From Bradymonadia bacterium (lineage in GTDB: Bacteria > Myxococcota_A > Bradymonadia > UBA7976 > UBA1532): a DNA stretch of 64,000 bases. Under the pieces are notes generated by a model, which saw nothing but the letters and a program-made list of their open reading frames with translations, made no database searches and was not told the DNA's origin. Positions 46,355 to 57,528 of this stretch are shown here, in pieces (positions within the stretch are counted from its first letter, which is position 1; each line of letters begins with the position of its first letter). The stretch lies in NCBI GenBank assembly GCA_046290225.1, contig JBKAGE010000034.1, positions 352,001-416,000 on the forward strand, given 5' to 3'. The translations under genes were made by a program, and so were the position numbers.

Positions 46355-47644
46355 TCAGAGTTTGGCGGGGATCACCCTCAGCCCTTGGGCGTTGGGCACA
46401 TAGACCTGCCACTGTCCCTGAGCGTCCTGACCCAGAGCAGCGTTGAGCACAGGCTGCAATGTGGCGAGCTGCACCCGGCCAAAGCCTTCGGAGCCAGGTG
46501 AGACGGCGGAGACGGCCTTGTTGCCTCGGGCGAACAGCACGCGCTTGTTCCCCGCCAGCTCGATGTCGTCGATCTCGAAGAAGGTGAACTCTTCTGGCGA
46601 TCGGGTCACCGCCTCCACCTTGATCTCCCCCTTCTCCACCCACGCCCGCTTCAGCTGCGCCTTGGCCTCTTTGCCGTAATTCGCCACCCAACCATCGGCG
46701 AAGTACAGGTAGGGGTGGGCATCACCGAACAGTTGAGCCACGACCACACTGCGTACGCCCTTGTCGGTGGGTACCTTCTGCAGACCCTTGCCCAGATCGA
46801 TCTTCAAATCGCCCGGCTCCCCCTTGGCGTCGCCGTAGACTCGGCCGATGGCCCGGTCCGTCGTGCCGTCTCCATCGATGTCACCAAAGGCCCAGGACGA
46901 CGCCATGCGGATCGGGGTCTCCGCAGCCTTCGCTGTGCCATCGGCTTCAATGTGGTGGGTGGTGACCATGTACTTGCTCTCGTAGTAGGTCACTGCGAGC
47001 TCAGGCTTGCCGTCTCGATCGACATCGGCGATGGACAGGTGGGCCACCTCGTTTCGAGGTCCGGCATGACGCCAGATGATCTCGCCCTTGCCCGTGGCGG
47101 GATCGAGGGCCTCGAGGGTGATGGGCGCGCCGAGATGACCCCGGCCGATGCCTCGAGCCACGTACAGCTTGCGACCCTGGCCGAAGTCACCGACGACGAC
47201 CTTCTGCACCACCCCCTGACCATCGACGGCCCAGAGGGGCTCGCCCTGACCCGATTTGCCTGGTGTTCGCGCCCACAGCCGACTGCCCTGTGCACCGAGG
47301 ACGTGATCGATGCCTTCGGTGAGCTGAGCGACAAAGACCCGATCACAGGGTGGCCATGCACCACCCGCGGTCGATCCTGACGAAGCAGTGACAGGCTTTT
47401 GCGCCGCAATGGGGGTCGTCGGCGAGGTGGCCTGAGTGGTCTTGGCCGTATCCTTCGCAGTGCCAGTCTTCGCAGTACCAGTCTTCGCTGTGTCGGCCTG
47501 TGCAGCGCCCTTCTTCGAAGTCTCCTGGGCAGCAGAGGCCTTTGCCTGTGACTGAGTAGAGGGATCCGGCTTCACGTCAGAGGATTTGTCCCCCTGGCAG
47601 CCGGCCAGACCCAGAGCGACCACAGCACCCGCGATCAACTTCAT
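46355..47644 (-). CDS. Lipoprotein with FG-GAP/VCBS-like beta-propeller
   Basis: Lipobox LAGC, TAKTG linker repeats, [11 protein letters not shown] and [10 protein letters not shown]. Start overlaps the carA stop. Confidence 0.75.
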   Translation of the reverse strand: MKLIAGAVVALGLAGCQGDKSSDVKPDPSTQSQAKASAAQETSKKGAAQADTAKTGTAKTGTAKDTAKTTQATSPTTPIAAQKPVTASSGSTAGGAWPPCDRVFVAQLTEGIDHVLGAQGSRLWARTPGKSGQGEPLWAVDGQGVVQKVVVGDFGQGRKLYVARGIGRGHLGAPITLEALDPATGKGEIIWRHAGPRNEVAHLSIADVDRDGKPELAVTYYESKYMVTTHHIEADGTAKAAETPIRMASSWAFGDIDGDGTTDRAIGRVYGDAKGEPGDLKIDLGKGLQKVPTDKGVRSVVVAQLFGDAHPYLYFADGWVANYGKEAKAQLKRAWVEKGEIKVEAVTRSPEEFTFFEIDDIELAGNKRVLFARGNKAVSAVSPGSEGFGRVQLATLQPVLNAALGQDAQGQWQVYVPNAQGLRVIPAKL

Positions 47645-48786
47645 CGCTGAGACTCCATCATCTCGGTGAAGCGTGTGAAGAGGTAGTCCGCGTCATGGGG
47701 GCCGGGGCTTGCCTCGGGGTGGTACTGCACGCCGAAGATGGGCAGGCGCTCGTGGGCCAGCCCGGCCACCGTGTCGTCGTTCAGATTCACGTGACTCACG
47801 ATGGCGCCGTCCTCGAGGCCATCGGCGCTCACGGCGAAGCCGTGGTTCTGGCTGGTGATCTCCACCTTGCCGGTCTTGAGATCCTTCACGGGCTGGTTGC
47901 CGCCGCGGTGGCCGAACTTCAACTTGAAGGTCTGGGCGCCGAGGGCCCGGGAAAGCAGCTGATGCCCCAGGCAGATGCCGAAGATGGGTACCCCATTCTC
48001 GACGAGCTGCTTGATGGTGTCGACGGCGTAGTCCACCACCCCGGGATCACCAGGGCCATTGGACAAGAACACCCCATCGGGGCTGTGGGCCAGGATGGCC
48101 TCCGCCGAGGTCGTGGCAGGCACAACGGTGACGCTGCAGCCATGATCTACGAGCAGCCGCAGGATGTTGCGCTTCACCCCGAAGTCCATGGCCACCACCT
48201 TGAAGGGGGTGTCGGGCTGAGGTGGCCGGGGCCGGGTGTGCTCCTCACCGAGCAGACGGGTCAGGCCCTCGCTCCAGGTGTAGGGCGCATCGCAGGTGAC
48301 CTCGCGGACCAGATCGCGCCCCTGCATGGGGGGCTCGGCGGCCATCCGCTGCTGCAGCGCTTCGCTGGTGGTCTCGCCGGTGATGATAGACCCCTTCATG
48401 GCGCCGTGTACGCGGATGCGTCGCACCAGGGCCCGGGTGTCGATGTCGTAGAGCCCCACGACGCCCGCGCGCCGCAAGTAGCTGTGCAGGCTGCTGGCGC
48501 TGCGCCAATTCGAGGGCGTCGGGCACGCATCGCGGACGATGAAGCCGGCCACCTGTACCTGACCACTCTCTACATCGGCGGGGTTTACCCCGTAGTTCCC
48601 GATGTGCGGGTAGGTCATGGTGACGATCTGCCCTCGATAGGACGGATCGGTCAGGATCTCCTGGTAGCCCGTCATCGAGGTGTTGAAGACCACCTCGCCA
48701 GCGGTCTCTCCAGTGGCGCCGAAGGCGTAGCCGTCGAAACGGGTGCCGTCTTCGAGGAGCAGGGCGGCAGGTTGAGGTCGGGTCAT
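47641..48786 (-). CDS. carA: Carbamoyl-phosphate synthase small subunit
   Basis: [28 protein letters not shown] and [12 protein letters not shown]. Confidence 0.98.
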   Translation of the reverse strand: MTRPQPAALLLEDGTRFDGYAFGATGETAGEVVFNTSMTGYQEILTDPSYRGQIVTMTYPHIGNYGVNPADVESGQVQVAGFIVRDACPTPSNWRSASSLHSYLRRAGVVGLYDIDTRALVRRIRVHGAMKGSIITGETTSEALQQRMAAEPPMQGRDLVREVTCDAPYTWSEGLTRLLGEEHTRPRPPQPDTPFKVVAMDFGVKRNILRLLVDHGCSVTVVPATTSAEAILAHSPDGVFLSNGPGDPGVVDYAVDTIKQLVENGVPIFGICLGHQLLSRALGAQTFKLKFGHRGGNQPVKDLKTGKVEITSQNHGFAVSADGLEDGAIVSHVNLNDDTVAGLAHERLPIFGVQYHPEASPGPHDADYLFTRFTEMMESQR

Positions 48787-48833
48787 CGGTCACTCCTGGC
48801 GTTGAGTGATTCTGGGTTGTAAGGGCGATGGCC

Positions 48834-49715
48834 TCAGTTGTCATCAACGATCTGCGCGAGGTCCTCTATATCAGGCACCCCGTGCACCGCTCGGAACATG
48901 CGCGACCAGCGCATCGAGTCCCAGAATTCCCACATGTTCGAGGTGGACTTCACGCTCAGCCCGATGAAGAGCGCCTTGCCGATGATGTTCTCCTCGGGCA
49001 CGAGTCCCCAGGCGCGAGAGTCGAGGGAGAAGTCCCGGTTGTCGCCCATGACCATCACGTACCCCTCGGGGATCTGCCACGGAAACGCCGGCATGGTGTC
49101 CGCCTCGGCCTGGCCGAGGGGATCTCCGGCTCGACAGTGGTTCACCGTGGCCCCCACGGGCCAGATGTGAGGCGCCTGCTCCGGGCGCCATCCGCGCAGC
49201 TGAGCCTGGCTGTCGCTCTCGCCGTGGTGCAGGGTCATGAAGGTCTCGTCACCGATCGTGGCCAGGTACATGTGTGGGGTGCCTCCGAGCCTGAAAGATG
49301 CTTCGACCTCCTCCCCGGTCACGTACTGCCCCTGAGCCCGGAAATGATCGATGGCCCGCTCGCGCACAGGCTCACCGTTGATCGCGACAAACCCCTTCCC
49401 GGCGTGGGTAAAGGTCTCCGGCCCGATCACGTCGATCCGATCCCCCGGGAGGGCCATGATGCGTTTGACGAAGTGTCGTTCGGCGTTGCAGGGGTCGTCG
49501 AAGATCACCACATCGCCTCGAGCGGGGGCACCACCAAAGCTGTATGCGAATCGATTGACCAGGACGAAGTCACCGATGACGACGGTGGGGGTCATCGAGC
49601 TCGACGACACATCATAGGACTCGAGATAGACCAGCAAACCCAGCAGCAACGACAACAACCCCGAGACCCTCAGGGCTCGATAGATCGCGGCTCTGCCTCT
49701 GGATTGCCGGGCCAT
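48834..49715 (-). CDS. lepB: Signal peptidase I, second paralog
   Basis: SSSMTPT (Ser), FVKRI (Lys) and MGDNRDFSLDSRAWG. Confidence 0.88.
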   Translation of the reverse strand: MARQSRGRAAIYRALRVSGLLSLLLGLLVYLESYDVSSSSMTPTVVIGDFVLVNRFAYSFGGAPARGDVVIFDDPCNAERHFVKRIMALPGDRIDVIGPETFTHAGKGFVAINGEPVRERAIDHFRAQGQYVTGEEVEASFRLGGTPHMYLATIGDETFMTLHHGESDSQAQLRGWRPEQAPHIWPVGATVNHCRAGDPLGQAEADTMPAFPWQIPEGYVMVMGDNRDFSLDSRAWGLVPEENIIGKALFIGLSVKSTSNMWEFWDSMRWSRMFRAVHGVPDIEDLAQIVDDN

Positions 49716-49786
49716 CGCACCTTCCAGATGAGTTCATGCGCCTTGAAAGGACTTCTCAAGGACATACCCCATCCATGGTCAGCGCA

Positions 49787-51130
49787 TCACCCTCTATCGC
49801 TCAAGAGTTGACCGGGCATGTGCTCGACGGCCGAATAGACCACCTCACCATCGATGATGGTGCTGTGCACCACACCGGGGAGCGTCTGACCAATGAGGGG
49901 GGTGTTCTTGCTCCGGCCCACGAGGGTGTCCTTGCTCACGGACCACCGTGCGCCAGCGTCCACCACCACGACGTCGGCGCGCCTGCCCGGAGACAGCGTG
50001 CCGCTCTGCTCACCGATGATCTGCGCTGGGGCAGCGGTGAGGGCCGCGAGGGCGTGATGGAGCCCGAAGGCCCCGGCCTCCACCTGAGCCAGGGTTTGGC
50101 TGAGCAGCGTCTCCAACCCTGCGATCCCCGGCTCGGCGAGTTCGAACTCCACCTCTTTTTCTACGGGGCTCTGGGGTCGATGACCGCTGCTGATGGCGGT
50201 GATCACGCCTGAAGCGATGCCGGCGTTGAGCGCGCTGCGATCTGCCACTCCTCTGAGAGGTGGCCGCACCCGCAAGCAGCTGTCATAGCGCTCCGCGATG
50301 GCCTCGTCGACGAGCTGCAGATGCATGGCGGTCACGGCACAGGTGACAGGCAGACCTTCACTCTGGGCTCTGCCCAAGGCTTCCACCGCGCCGGCGGTGC
50401 TGATGGGACCGATGTGGATCGGGCACCCGGTGAGGCGCGCCAGGGCGATGGCCCTGTCCACGGCGATGCGCTCGGCCGCTTCAGGCACGCCCCGCAGGCC
50501 GAGGCGAGTGGCTACAGGGCCCTCGTGCATGACCGCCGCTCGGGCGAGGCCCCGCTCTTCGGGCCATTCGAAGACCGGTCGACCGACAGCCCGGGCATAT
50601 TCCATGGCCCGCCGGAGCAGGCTGGCGTCGGCGAGGGCGGTGTCCCCTTCTCCGAACGCCACGGCACCGCCATCTCGGAGATCGAACATATCGGTGAGAT
50701 GATCGCCTCGTCGCCCCCGTGTGAGGGTGGCCATGGGCAATACACGCACCGGGGTGATCTCAGCGGCTCGACGGATGATGAACTCGGTGATGGCCCGAGC
50801 ATCGTTCACCGGCTCGGTGTCCGGGGCGGCCACGAGCGTGGTCACGCCGCCATGGGCAGCAGCCCGACCGGCGCTCGCCAGATCTTCTTTGTGTTCGAAG
50901 CCAGGCTCACCCAGGTGGGCGTGCAAATCGACCAGGCCGGGGATCACCAGAGATCCCGTGGCGTCGATGATCTGATCGTGATCGCCAGGTGTCGCGGGCT
51001 CGGGGCTTACCGCCTCGATGCGCCCATCCTGGATGATGAGGGTGGCATGGGCGTCGATGCCACTCGCCGGGCAAATCACCCGGCCACCGCTCACCCAGCG
51101 TCTCTCGGTGCCCGCCTCGAACTGACCCAT
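49787..51130 (-). CDS. pyrC: Dihydroorotase-like protein, probably inactive PyrC'
   Basis: PGLVDLHAHLGEPG and PPLR are present, but the later metal His residues and the catalytic Asp appear substituted (SSGHRPQ in place of ATDHAPH). Confidence 0.85.
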   Translation of the reverse strand: MGQFEAGTERRWVSGGRVICPASGIDAHATLIIQDGRIEAVSPEPATPGDHDQIIDATGSLVIPGLVDLHAHLGEPGFEHKEDLASAGRAAAHGGVTTLVAAPDTEPVNDARAITEFIIRRAAEITPVRVLPMATLTRGRRGDHLTDMFDLRDGGAVAFGEGDTALADASLLRRAMEYARAVGRPVFEWPEERGLARAAVMHEGPVATRLGLRGVPEAAERIAVDRAIALARLTGCPIHIGPISTAGAVEALGRAQSEGLPVTCAVTAMHLQLVDEAIAERYDSCLRVRPPLRGVADRSALNAGIASGVITAISSGHRPQSPVEKEVEFELAEPGIAGLETLLSQTLAQVEAGAFGLHHALAALTAAPAQIIGEQSGTLSPGRRADVVVVDAGARWSVSKDTLVGRSKNTPLIGQTLPGVVHSTIIDGEVVYSAVEHMPGQLLSDRG

Positions 51131-51149
51131 GCAGGCTGCTCCTGTTGCC

Positions 51150-52085
51150 TCACCCGGCAAGCTCGGGGCCTCCGGCGCCGCCGCCGGCACAGTGGTAGAG
51201 CACCGCCATGCGCACAGCCAGCCCGTTGGCCACCTGGTCCAAGATGATCGACTGGTGGCCGTCGGCCACCTCGGGGGCGATTTCCACCCCGCGGTTGATG
51301 GGCCCGGGGTGCATGACCCAACAGCCGGGCCGCGCCCGCTTGAGGGCTGCGAGGTCGAGACCATACCGCTGGCTGTACTCCCGATCGCTGGGAAACAGCT
51401 CCTCGTCGAGGCGCTCCTTCTGGATGCGCAGCATCATGATCACGTGGGCGCCATCGATGGCCTCGTCTCGATCGAAGGTGGCCGTGCAGCCGAGCTGCTC
51501 CACGCCGATGGGCACCATGGTGGGCGGTCCGCACACCACCACCTCGGCGCCGAGCTTGCTCAAAGCCGAGATGCCCGAGCGCGCCACCCGGCTATGGGCG
51601 ATGTCGCCGATGATGGCCACCTTGTGGCCCTCGAAACTCTGCAACCGCTGCTTGATCGTAAGGCAGTCGAGCAGCCCCTGGGTGGGATGCTCGTGGGCGC
51701 CGTCCCCCGCGTTGACGATGGCGGCGTGCGTATGCTCTGCGAGCAACAGCGGTGCCCCGGCCTGCCGGTGACGCATGACGATGATGTCGGGGGCCAGGGC
51801 GTTGAGCGTACGGGCGGTGTCGACGAGGGTCTCCCCCTTCACCAGGCTGCTCGATCCCCCCGAGATGTTCATCGTGTCGGCGCTGAGACGTTTGGCGGCG
51901 AGTTCGAATGACGTGCGGGTCCGGGTCGATGCTTCGAGGAAGAGGTTGATCACCGTCTTGCCCCGCAGCGTGGGCACCTTCTTGATGGCCCGCTGGCTCA
52001 CCTCGCCAAAGGCCTCGGCGAGGCTGAGTAGGTGCCTGATCTCGTCGGCGCTCAGAGAGGCGAGGTCGATCAGATGTCGCCGCAT
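51150..52085 (-). CDS. pyrB: Aspartate carbamoyltransferase catalytic subunit
   Basis: [31 protein letters not shown] and MHPGPINRG. Confidence 0.97.
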   Translation of the reverse strand: MRRHLIDLASLSADEIRHLLSLAEAFGEVSQRAIKKVPTLRGKTVINLFLEASTRTRTSFELAAKRLSADTMNISGGSSSLVKGETLVDTARTLNALAPDIIVMRHRQAGAPLLLAEHTHAAIVNAGDGAHEHPTQGLLDCLTIKQRLQSFEGHKVAIIGDIAHSRVARSGISALSKLGAEVVVCGPPTMVPIGVEQLGCTATFDRDEAIDGAHVIMMLRIQKERLDEELFPSDREYSQRYGLDLAALKRARPGCWVMHPGPINRGVEIAPEVADGHQSIILDQVANGLAVRMAVLYHCAGGGAGGPELAG

Positions 52086-52086
52086 G

Positions 52087-52674
52087 TCAGGCCTCCTGGC
52101 GCTCGGGCCACTTGTGCAACAGCACCTCGTCGGTGCCGTCGATCTCGGCGAGCTTCACCTGGATCGACTCGTCTCGCGCCGTGTCGACGGCGAGGCCAGT
52201 GTAGTCCGCAGCCACGGGCAACTCACGGTGGCCGCGATCGACGAGGACCGCGAGCTGGATCCGCCGGGGCCGGCCCCAGTCCATGAGGGCGTCCAGGGCA
52301 GCCTTCACCGTGCGGCCAGTGTAGAGCACATCGTCGACGAGCACGATTTGCCGATCACCGACCTCGAAGGGCAGATGAGTGGGCCCCACCTCGGGGGTGG
52401 CCAGGCCCGTGAACACGTCATCGCGATAGAGCGTGATGTCGAGCTCGCCCACGGGGACCTCGACGCCCTCCTGCTGTTGCAGCAGCTTTTGCAGGCGGTT
52501 GGCGAGGGGCACGCCACGGGTGCGCACGCCCACGAGGGCCACGTCTTCCACGCCATGGTTCTGTTCGATGATCTCGAAGGTGAGCCGCTGCAGCGCCCGG
52601 CGCAGGGCCACGGGATCGAGGATCACCCGCGATCGTGCCTCGCCGATGAGGGGCAGCTGATCACGATCAGACAT
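52087..52674 (-). CDS. pyrR: Pyrimidine regulator / uracil phosphoribosyltransferase PyrR
   Basis: [21 protein letters not shown] and DRGHRELP. Confidence 0.96.
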   Translation of the reverse strand: MSDRDQLPLIGEARSRVILDPVALRRALQRLTFEIIEQNHGVEDVALVGVRTRGVPLANRLQKLLQQQEGVEVPVGELDITLYRDDVFTGLATPEVGPTHLPFEVGDRQIVLVDDVLYTGRTVKAALDALMDWGRPRRIQLAVLVDRGHRELPVAADYTGLAVDTARDESIQVKLAEIDGTDEVLLHKWPERQEA

Positions 52675-53776
52675 CGTCGGCATCCTCGTGCACGAGGTGA
52701 CCCAGGCGGTGCCACCTGATCTTGTTCCAGAACTCGCCCCAGTCAGCGGTGCGATCCCAGCTGAGCCAGATGAACAAAGCCCGGCCCTTGATGTTGGCCA
52801 TCGGCACCAACCCCCAGACCCGGGAGTCGCTGGAGTTGTCGCGGTTGTCACCCATGACCATCACGTGGCCCTCGGGGATCTTCCAGGGGAACGAAGGCAA
52901 GCGGGCGCCGGCCTGCACAGTGTCTTCTGGCTGATGGCAGACGTTCTTGGGTACCTCGGCGGGCCAGAGGTTCCAGTCGTAGGGCTCCTGGTTGGCCCGA
53001 CGCCCGACGAGCTGCTCTTCGTCTTTGAAGGAGGTCCGGTGCAGGGTGGTGAGGGCCCAGTCCCCCATCACGCTGCGGTAGGCGTGGGTGGGGTTGCCGA
53101 ACATCTGCTCTTTGGCCGTCTCGTCGGGGGTGGCGAAGGCGGGGTATGCCTCAAAAGGCCCCTGGCTGTCTTCCATCACGGGCTTGTCGTTCACCACGAG
53201 GCTGCCAGGGATGAAGAACGGCCCACGGGGGCCGGTGATGTCCACCACGTCACCGGGCACGGCCACCACCCGCTTGATGAAGTCCTGGGGCGGGTTGCAC
53301 GGATACGAGAACACGATCACGTCGCCCTTGCTGGGCTGATCCCACTCCACAAGCAGCTTGTTGGTGAAGGGCACCCGCATGCCGTACGACAGCTTGTTCA
53401 CGAAGAGGAAGTCACCCACGGCGAGGGTGGGGATCATCGAGCCTGAAGGGATCGTGAAGGCCTCGATGATGAAGGCTCGCAGGATCAAGGCGATGACGAT
53501 GGCCAGACCGATGGACTCGGCATACTCGCGGGTCTGGCTCTTGCCCACCCCGGCCATGTGATCTTCCACGGCCTTGTCGAGGGCCTTGAGGGCATCCCAG
53601 ATGGCCTTGACGCTCTCGCCCTCCACCGCAGTCTGGAGTGTGTCTGCGGCCCCTTTGACCTCTGCCCGGCGAGCAGGATCGATGGTGTGACCGTACTTCT
53701 TGAGGCGAGCACGGATCTCTTTGAGGGCGGGGGCGGCGCGCTTGCGCGCTTTCTTCAGGTTCGCGGTATCGGACAC
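52667..53776 (-). CDS. lepB: Signal peptidase I
   Basis: EAFTIPSGSMIPTL, DFIKRVV and MGDNRDNSSDSR. Lies directly downstream of lepA. Confidence 0.95.
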   Translation of the reverse strand: MSDTANLKKARKRAAPALKEIRARLKKYGHTIDPARRAEVKGAADTLQTAVEGESVKAIWDALKALDKAVEDHMAGVGKSQTREYAESIGLAIVIALILRAFIIEAFTIPSGSMIPTLAVGDFLFVNKLSYGMRVPFTNKLLVEWDQPSKGDVIVFSYPCNPPQDFIKRVVAVPGDVVDITGPRGPFFIPGSLVVNDKPVMEDSQGPFEAYPAFATPDETAKEQMFGNPTHAYRSVMGDWALTTLHRTSFKDEEQLVGRRANQEPYDWNLWPAEVPKNVCHQPEDTVQAGARLPSFPWKIPEGHVMVMGDNRDNSSDSRVWGLVPMANIKGRALFIWLSWDRTADWGEFWNKIRWHRLGHLVHEDADDV

Positions 53777-53783
53777 GCTGTTG

Positions 53784-55580
53784 TCAATCCGTCTTCAAGA
53801 CCGCCAAGAATGCCTCTTGGGGGATCTCGACGTTGCCCACCTGCTTCATCCGCTTCTTACCCGCCTTCTGCTTCTCGAGCAGCTTGCGCTTGCGGCTGAT
53901 GTCGCCACCGTAGCACTTGGCGGTGACGTCTTTTCGCAGGGCCCGGACGGTCTCCCGGGAGATGATCTTGTTGCCGATGGCCGCCTGAATGGCCACCTCG
54001 TACTGCTGACGATCGATGACCTTGCGCAAACGCTCGCACAGGCCCTTGCCACGCTCGTAAGCCCGATCGCGGTGCACGATGATCGAGAGCGCGTCGACAT
54101 TGTCGCCGTTCACCTTCACATCGAGCTTCACGAGGTTCGAGGCCCGATAACCGGACATGGCATATTCCAAGCTGGCGTACCCCTTCGACACGCTCTTGAG
54201 GCGGTCGAAGAAGTCGAAGACCACCTCGGCGAGGGGCAACTCGTAGGTGATGAGCATGCGCCGGGTGCCTGAGTAGCCGAGCTCCTTCTGCATGCCCCGG
54301 CGCTCCTCGCACAACTTGAGCACCGGCCCGCAGTATTCGGTGGGCACGTGGATCGTCGCCGTGATGTACGGCTCTCTGATCTCACCGATGTGCTGCACCT
54401 CGGGCAGGTGGGCGGGGTTGTCGATGCGCAGCTCTTCACCTTCGGTGGTGGTGACCTCGTACACCACCGTAGGTGCGGTGGTGATGAGATCCATGTTGAA
54501 CTCGCGCTCGAGGCGCTCCTGCACGATCTCGAGGTGCAGCAGCCCGAGGAAGCCACACCGAAAGCCGAAGCCCAGGGCGGCGGAGTTCTCCATCTCGAAG
54601 GAGAAGGCGGCGTCGTTGAGGCGCAGCTTCTCGAGGGCCTCGCGGAGCATCTCGTAATCTGAAGAGATCACGGGGAACAACCCGGAGAACACCATGGGGT
54701 TCACCTCTTTGAACCCCGAGAGCGGCTCCAGCTCGTGCTTGAGCGCGGCGTCGACGATGGTGTCACCGACCTTGGCGTGGCGCACCTCTTTGATATTGGC
54801 CACCACGAAGCCCACGTCGCCGGCCACCATCTCCTTGAGGGAGACGGCGCCGGGGGTGAAGGCGCCAACCTCGAGCACGTCGTAGGTCTGGTTGGTGGCC
54901 TTCATGTGGATCTTGGAGCCCTTCTTCATGCACCCGTCAACGACGCGGACGAGCATGATCACCCCCCGGTAGTTGTCGTACCAGGAGTCGAAGATGAGGG
55001 CCCGCAGGGGCTTCTCGTCATTGTCGTCGGGCGGTGGGATCCACTCGACGATGGCCTCGAGGACCTCTTCGACGTTGAGCCCCGTCTTGGCGCTGATGGC
55101 CACAGCGTTGCTGGTGTCGAGGCCGATGACGTCCTCGATCTCCTCGCTCACCCGCTCCACGTCGGCGGCGGGCAGGTCAACCTTGTTGAGCACCGGCACC
55201 AGCTCGAGATCCTGATCGAGGGCCAGGTACACGTTGGCCAGCGTCTGGGCTTCGACCCCCTGAGAGGCGTCCACCACGAGCAGCGCGCCCTCACAGGCGG
55301 CGAGGCTGCGGGAGACCTCATAGGTGAAGTCCACGTGTCCAGGGGTATCGATCAAGTTGAAGGCGTATGTCTCGCCGTCCCGAGCGGTGTAGTTGAGGCG
55401 CACCGCCTGGGCCTTGATCGTGATGCCACGCTCCCGTTCGAGGTCCATGGAATCGAGCAATTGCTCACGCTCTTCTCGAGCGCTCACCGAGCCGGTGAGG
55501 CTGAGGATGCGGTCGGCCAGGGTGGACTTCCCGTGGTCGATGTGAGCAATGATCGCGAAATTACGTACTTTTTTGGCCAT
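53784..55580 (-). CDS. lepA: Elongation factor 4 (LepA)
   Basis: [35 protein letters not shown] and [18 protein letters not shown]. Confidence 0.98.
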   Translation of the reverse strand: MAKKVRNFAIIAHIDHGKSTLADRILSLTGSVSAREEREQLLDSMDLERERGITIKAQAVRLNYTARDGETYAFNLIDTPGHVDFTYEVSRSLAACEGALLVVDASQGVEAQTLANVYLALDQDLELVPVLNKVDLPAADVERVSEEIEDVIGLDTSNAVAISAKTGLNVEEVLEAIVEWIPPPDDNDEKPLRALIFDSWYDNYRGVIMLVRVVDGCMKKGSKIHMKATNQTYDVLEVGAFTPGAVSLKEMVAGDVGFVVANIKEVRHAKVGDTIVDAALKHELEPLSGFKEVNPMVFSGLFPVISSDYEMLREALEKLRLNDAAFSFEMENSAALGFGFRCGFLGLLHLEIVQERLEREFNMDLITTAPTVVYEVTTTEGEELRIDNPAHLPEVQHIGEIREPYITATIHVPTEYCGPVLKLCEERRGMQKELGYSGTRRMLITYELPLAEVVFDFFDRLKSVSKGYASLEYAMSGYRASNLVKLDVKVNGDNVDALSIIVHRDRAYERGKGLCERLRKVIDRQQYEVAIQAAIGNKIISRETVRALRKDVTAKCYGGDISRKRKLLEKQKAGKKRMKQVGNVEIPQEAFLAVLKTD

Positions 55581-55735
55581 ATGGCGGGGTGCTTTCCAGC
55601 CCGATTTCCGGGCATTATAGATGGGAGGCGTCACTTTTCAAGAGAGGGTCTGGCTTGACTCGAAGTCGCTTCTGTCCGATGGATCGTTCAACAGGGTGTT
55701 TCGACACCCCAGATCGAAGGCTTTCGGAGCAACCG

Positions 55736-56305
55736 ATGCACACACGTCTCTGGATGATGACCGGCCTCCTCGCCGGGGCGCTCACCGCCTGCGGCGGCGG
55801 GCAGAAGACCACCACCGATGACGGGGCGGCGAAGAGCACCGACAACAACGAGGGGCTCTCCCGGACCGAGTACGACATCAACGGAGACAAGGTCCCCGAC
55901 GCCTGGAAGTACTTCAAGGTGGTCGAGGGCACCGACGTGCTCGTCCGCAAAGAGTTCGACATCAACTTCGACGGCACGGTGGACATCTGGCGCCATTACA
56001 ACCCCGAGGGCAAACGGGTCCGCGACGAGATGGACATGGACTTCGACGGCAAGGTCGACGTCACTTCCTTCTACGAGGCGGGCAAGGTGGTCCGCAAAGA
56101 GGTGGACCTGGAGTTCGACCAGCAAGCGGATCTGTTCAAGTACTTCGACAACGGGGTGCTGGTCCGCATCGAGCGCGATTCCGACAATGATCGTCGCATC
56201 GACTACTGGGAGATCTACAAGAACGGTCGCCTCGAGAAGACCGGCATCGACGAAGACGGCGACGGCAACCCGGATCCCGACAAGTGGACCGTGGCCGAGG
56301 AGTGA
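55736..56305 (+). CDS. Lipoprotein with repeated DxNxDG..D beta-hairpin (Ca-binding-like) motifs
   Basis: Lipobox LTAC and six ~22-aa repeats (e.g. RKEFDINFDGTVDIWRHY). Confidence 0.8.
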   Translation: MHTRLWMMTGLLAGALTACGGGQKTTTDDGAAKSTDNNEGLSRTEYDINGDKVPDAWKYFKVVEGTDVLVRKEFDINFDGTVDIWRHYNPEGKRVRDEMDMDFDGKVDVTSFYEAGKVVRKEVDLEFDQQADLFKYFDNGVLVRIERDSDNDRRIDYWEIYKNGRLEKTGIDEDGDGNPDPDKWTVAEE

Positions 56306-56342
56306 TCCCCGCCTGACGATACCCCGCTTCGCTGCGCCCCCT

Positions 56343-57491
56343 CTACAGACGGGTGATGAACCCCCCATCAGCGGCCTGCGTCTTCTTCTTGTAGCGCCGC
56401 TGGAAAATCTTCGCTGCATCCTTGGTGTCGAACTTGCCGATCCGCACCCGGTAGTACCGCCCTTTTCCGGGGATGTCGGCGAGCACGATCCACGGCCGGA
56501 ACCCCGACTTCTTGAGATCTGAGACGAAGGCGTCGGCCTCCACTCGATCCTTGGTGGCCTTCACCTGCAATGTGTACCGACGCGTCCTGGTCGCGGGCTT
56601 CGGCGTCTCCTTGGCAGTCTTCGACGGCTCGGCCTTCTTGAGTTCGGCCTGTTTGGGCTCGGCCTGCTTCGCTTCAGGCATCTCAGCCTTGGGCGTGTCT
56701 GCCCTGGCCTGCAGTGTGTCCGGCGTTTGAGTCTCAGCCTTCTGGCTTTCTGCCTTCGGGGACTGTGGCTTTGACGTCGTGTCATTCTCAGAGGCACCCG
56801 CCCCTTCACGCTTCACGGGCGGCTTGAGGGCAGGGAGAGCATCGCGAGGAGGCACCTGTAGAGCAGCCACCGCGGCGGGCGCTTCCACCGCCTTGGGCTT
56901 CTGCTCGCCCTTACGGGGCTCAGACGCCTTCGTCCGGCTCGCCGATGGAGGAGGTGGCAAAGGCACCACCGCCACCTTTGGCGTGCCTACCGCAGGCACA
57001 GGCTCGGTCTTCTTCACTGCCGGCGACGGGCTGGGGCTCTTCTTCGGTGCTGGGGCATCTTCCATGGCAGGCACCGCCGCGATGGGGATCGCCGACTTCG
57101 CGGGGACAACGCGCTTTTCGGGCCGCGGCGTCTTCAACGCAGCGAGAGCAGGTGTCGGCTGTCGCTTCACGTCATCCGTCGTGACCACCAACTCGGGCAG
57201 CCTGACTTTCGGCGCCATGGCCTTCGGGGTGCCCTCCCCCTTGTCGTGCAAAGTGGAGGGAAAATGAAACTCCACCTCACCGAGAGGAGGCTCGGGTGAT
57301 TCAGTCTTCGAGGCTGGGGGTGGCGCCACGGCGGTGACCATCTCGGGGGCCGGCTCAGAGCCCTTGCCCACCATGTAGCCCGCGGCGAAGGTGCCCCCGA
57401 GCACCCCAGCGGCCACCAGGATCACCAGGGCCACCTGAGGGGTGTCCAAGCGCACCTCGATCTTCTCTTTGACCCGTTCGAAGTCTCTCAC
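56343..57491 (-). CDS. SPOR-domain cell-division protein (FtsN/DedD-like)
   Basis: N-terminal TM, a long Pro/Ala/Lys linker and a C-terminal YTLQV...YYRVRIGKF SPOR domain. Confidence 0.85.
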   Translation of the reverse strand: MRDFERVKEKIEVRLDTPQVALVILVAAGVLGGTFAAGYMVGKGSEPAPEMVTAVAPPPASKTESPEPPLGEVEFHFPSTLHDKGEGTPKAMAPKVRLPELVVTTDDVKRQPTPALAALKTPRPEKRVVPAKSAIPIAAVPAMEDAPAPKKSPSPSPAVKKTEPVPAVGTPKVAVVPLPPPPSASRTKASEPRKGEQKPKAVEAPAAVAALQVPPRDALPALKPPVKREGAGASENDTTSKPQSPKAESQKAETQTPDTLQARADTPKAEMPEAKQAEPKQAELKKAEPSKTAKETPKPATRTRRYTLQVKATKDRVEADAFVSDLKKSGFRPWIVLADIPGKGRYYRVRIGKFDTKDAAKIFQRRYKKKTQAADGGFITRL

Positions 57492-57528
57492 GGTGTCGCT
57501 CCACACAGCACGGTTCAAAGGATCGAGG

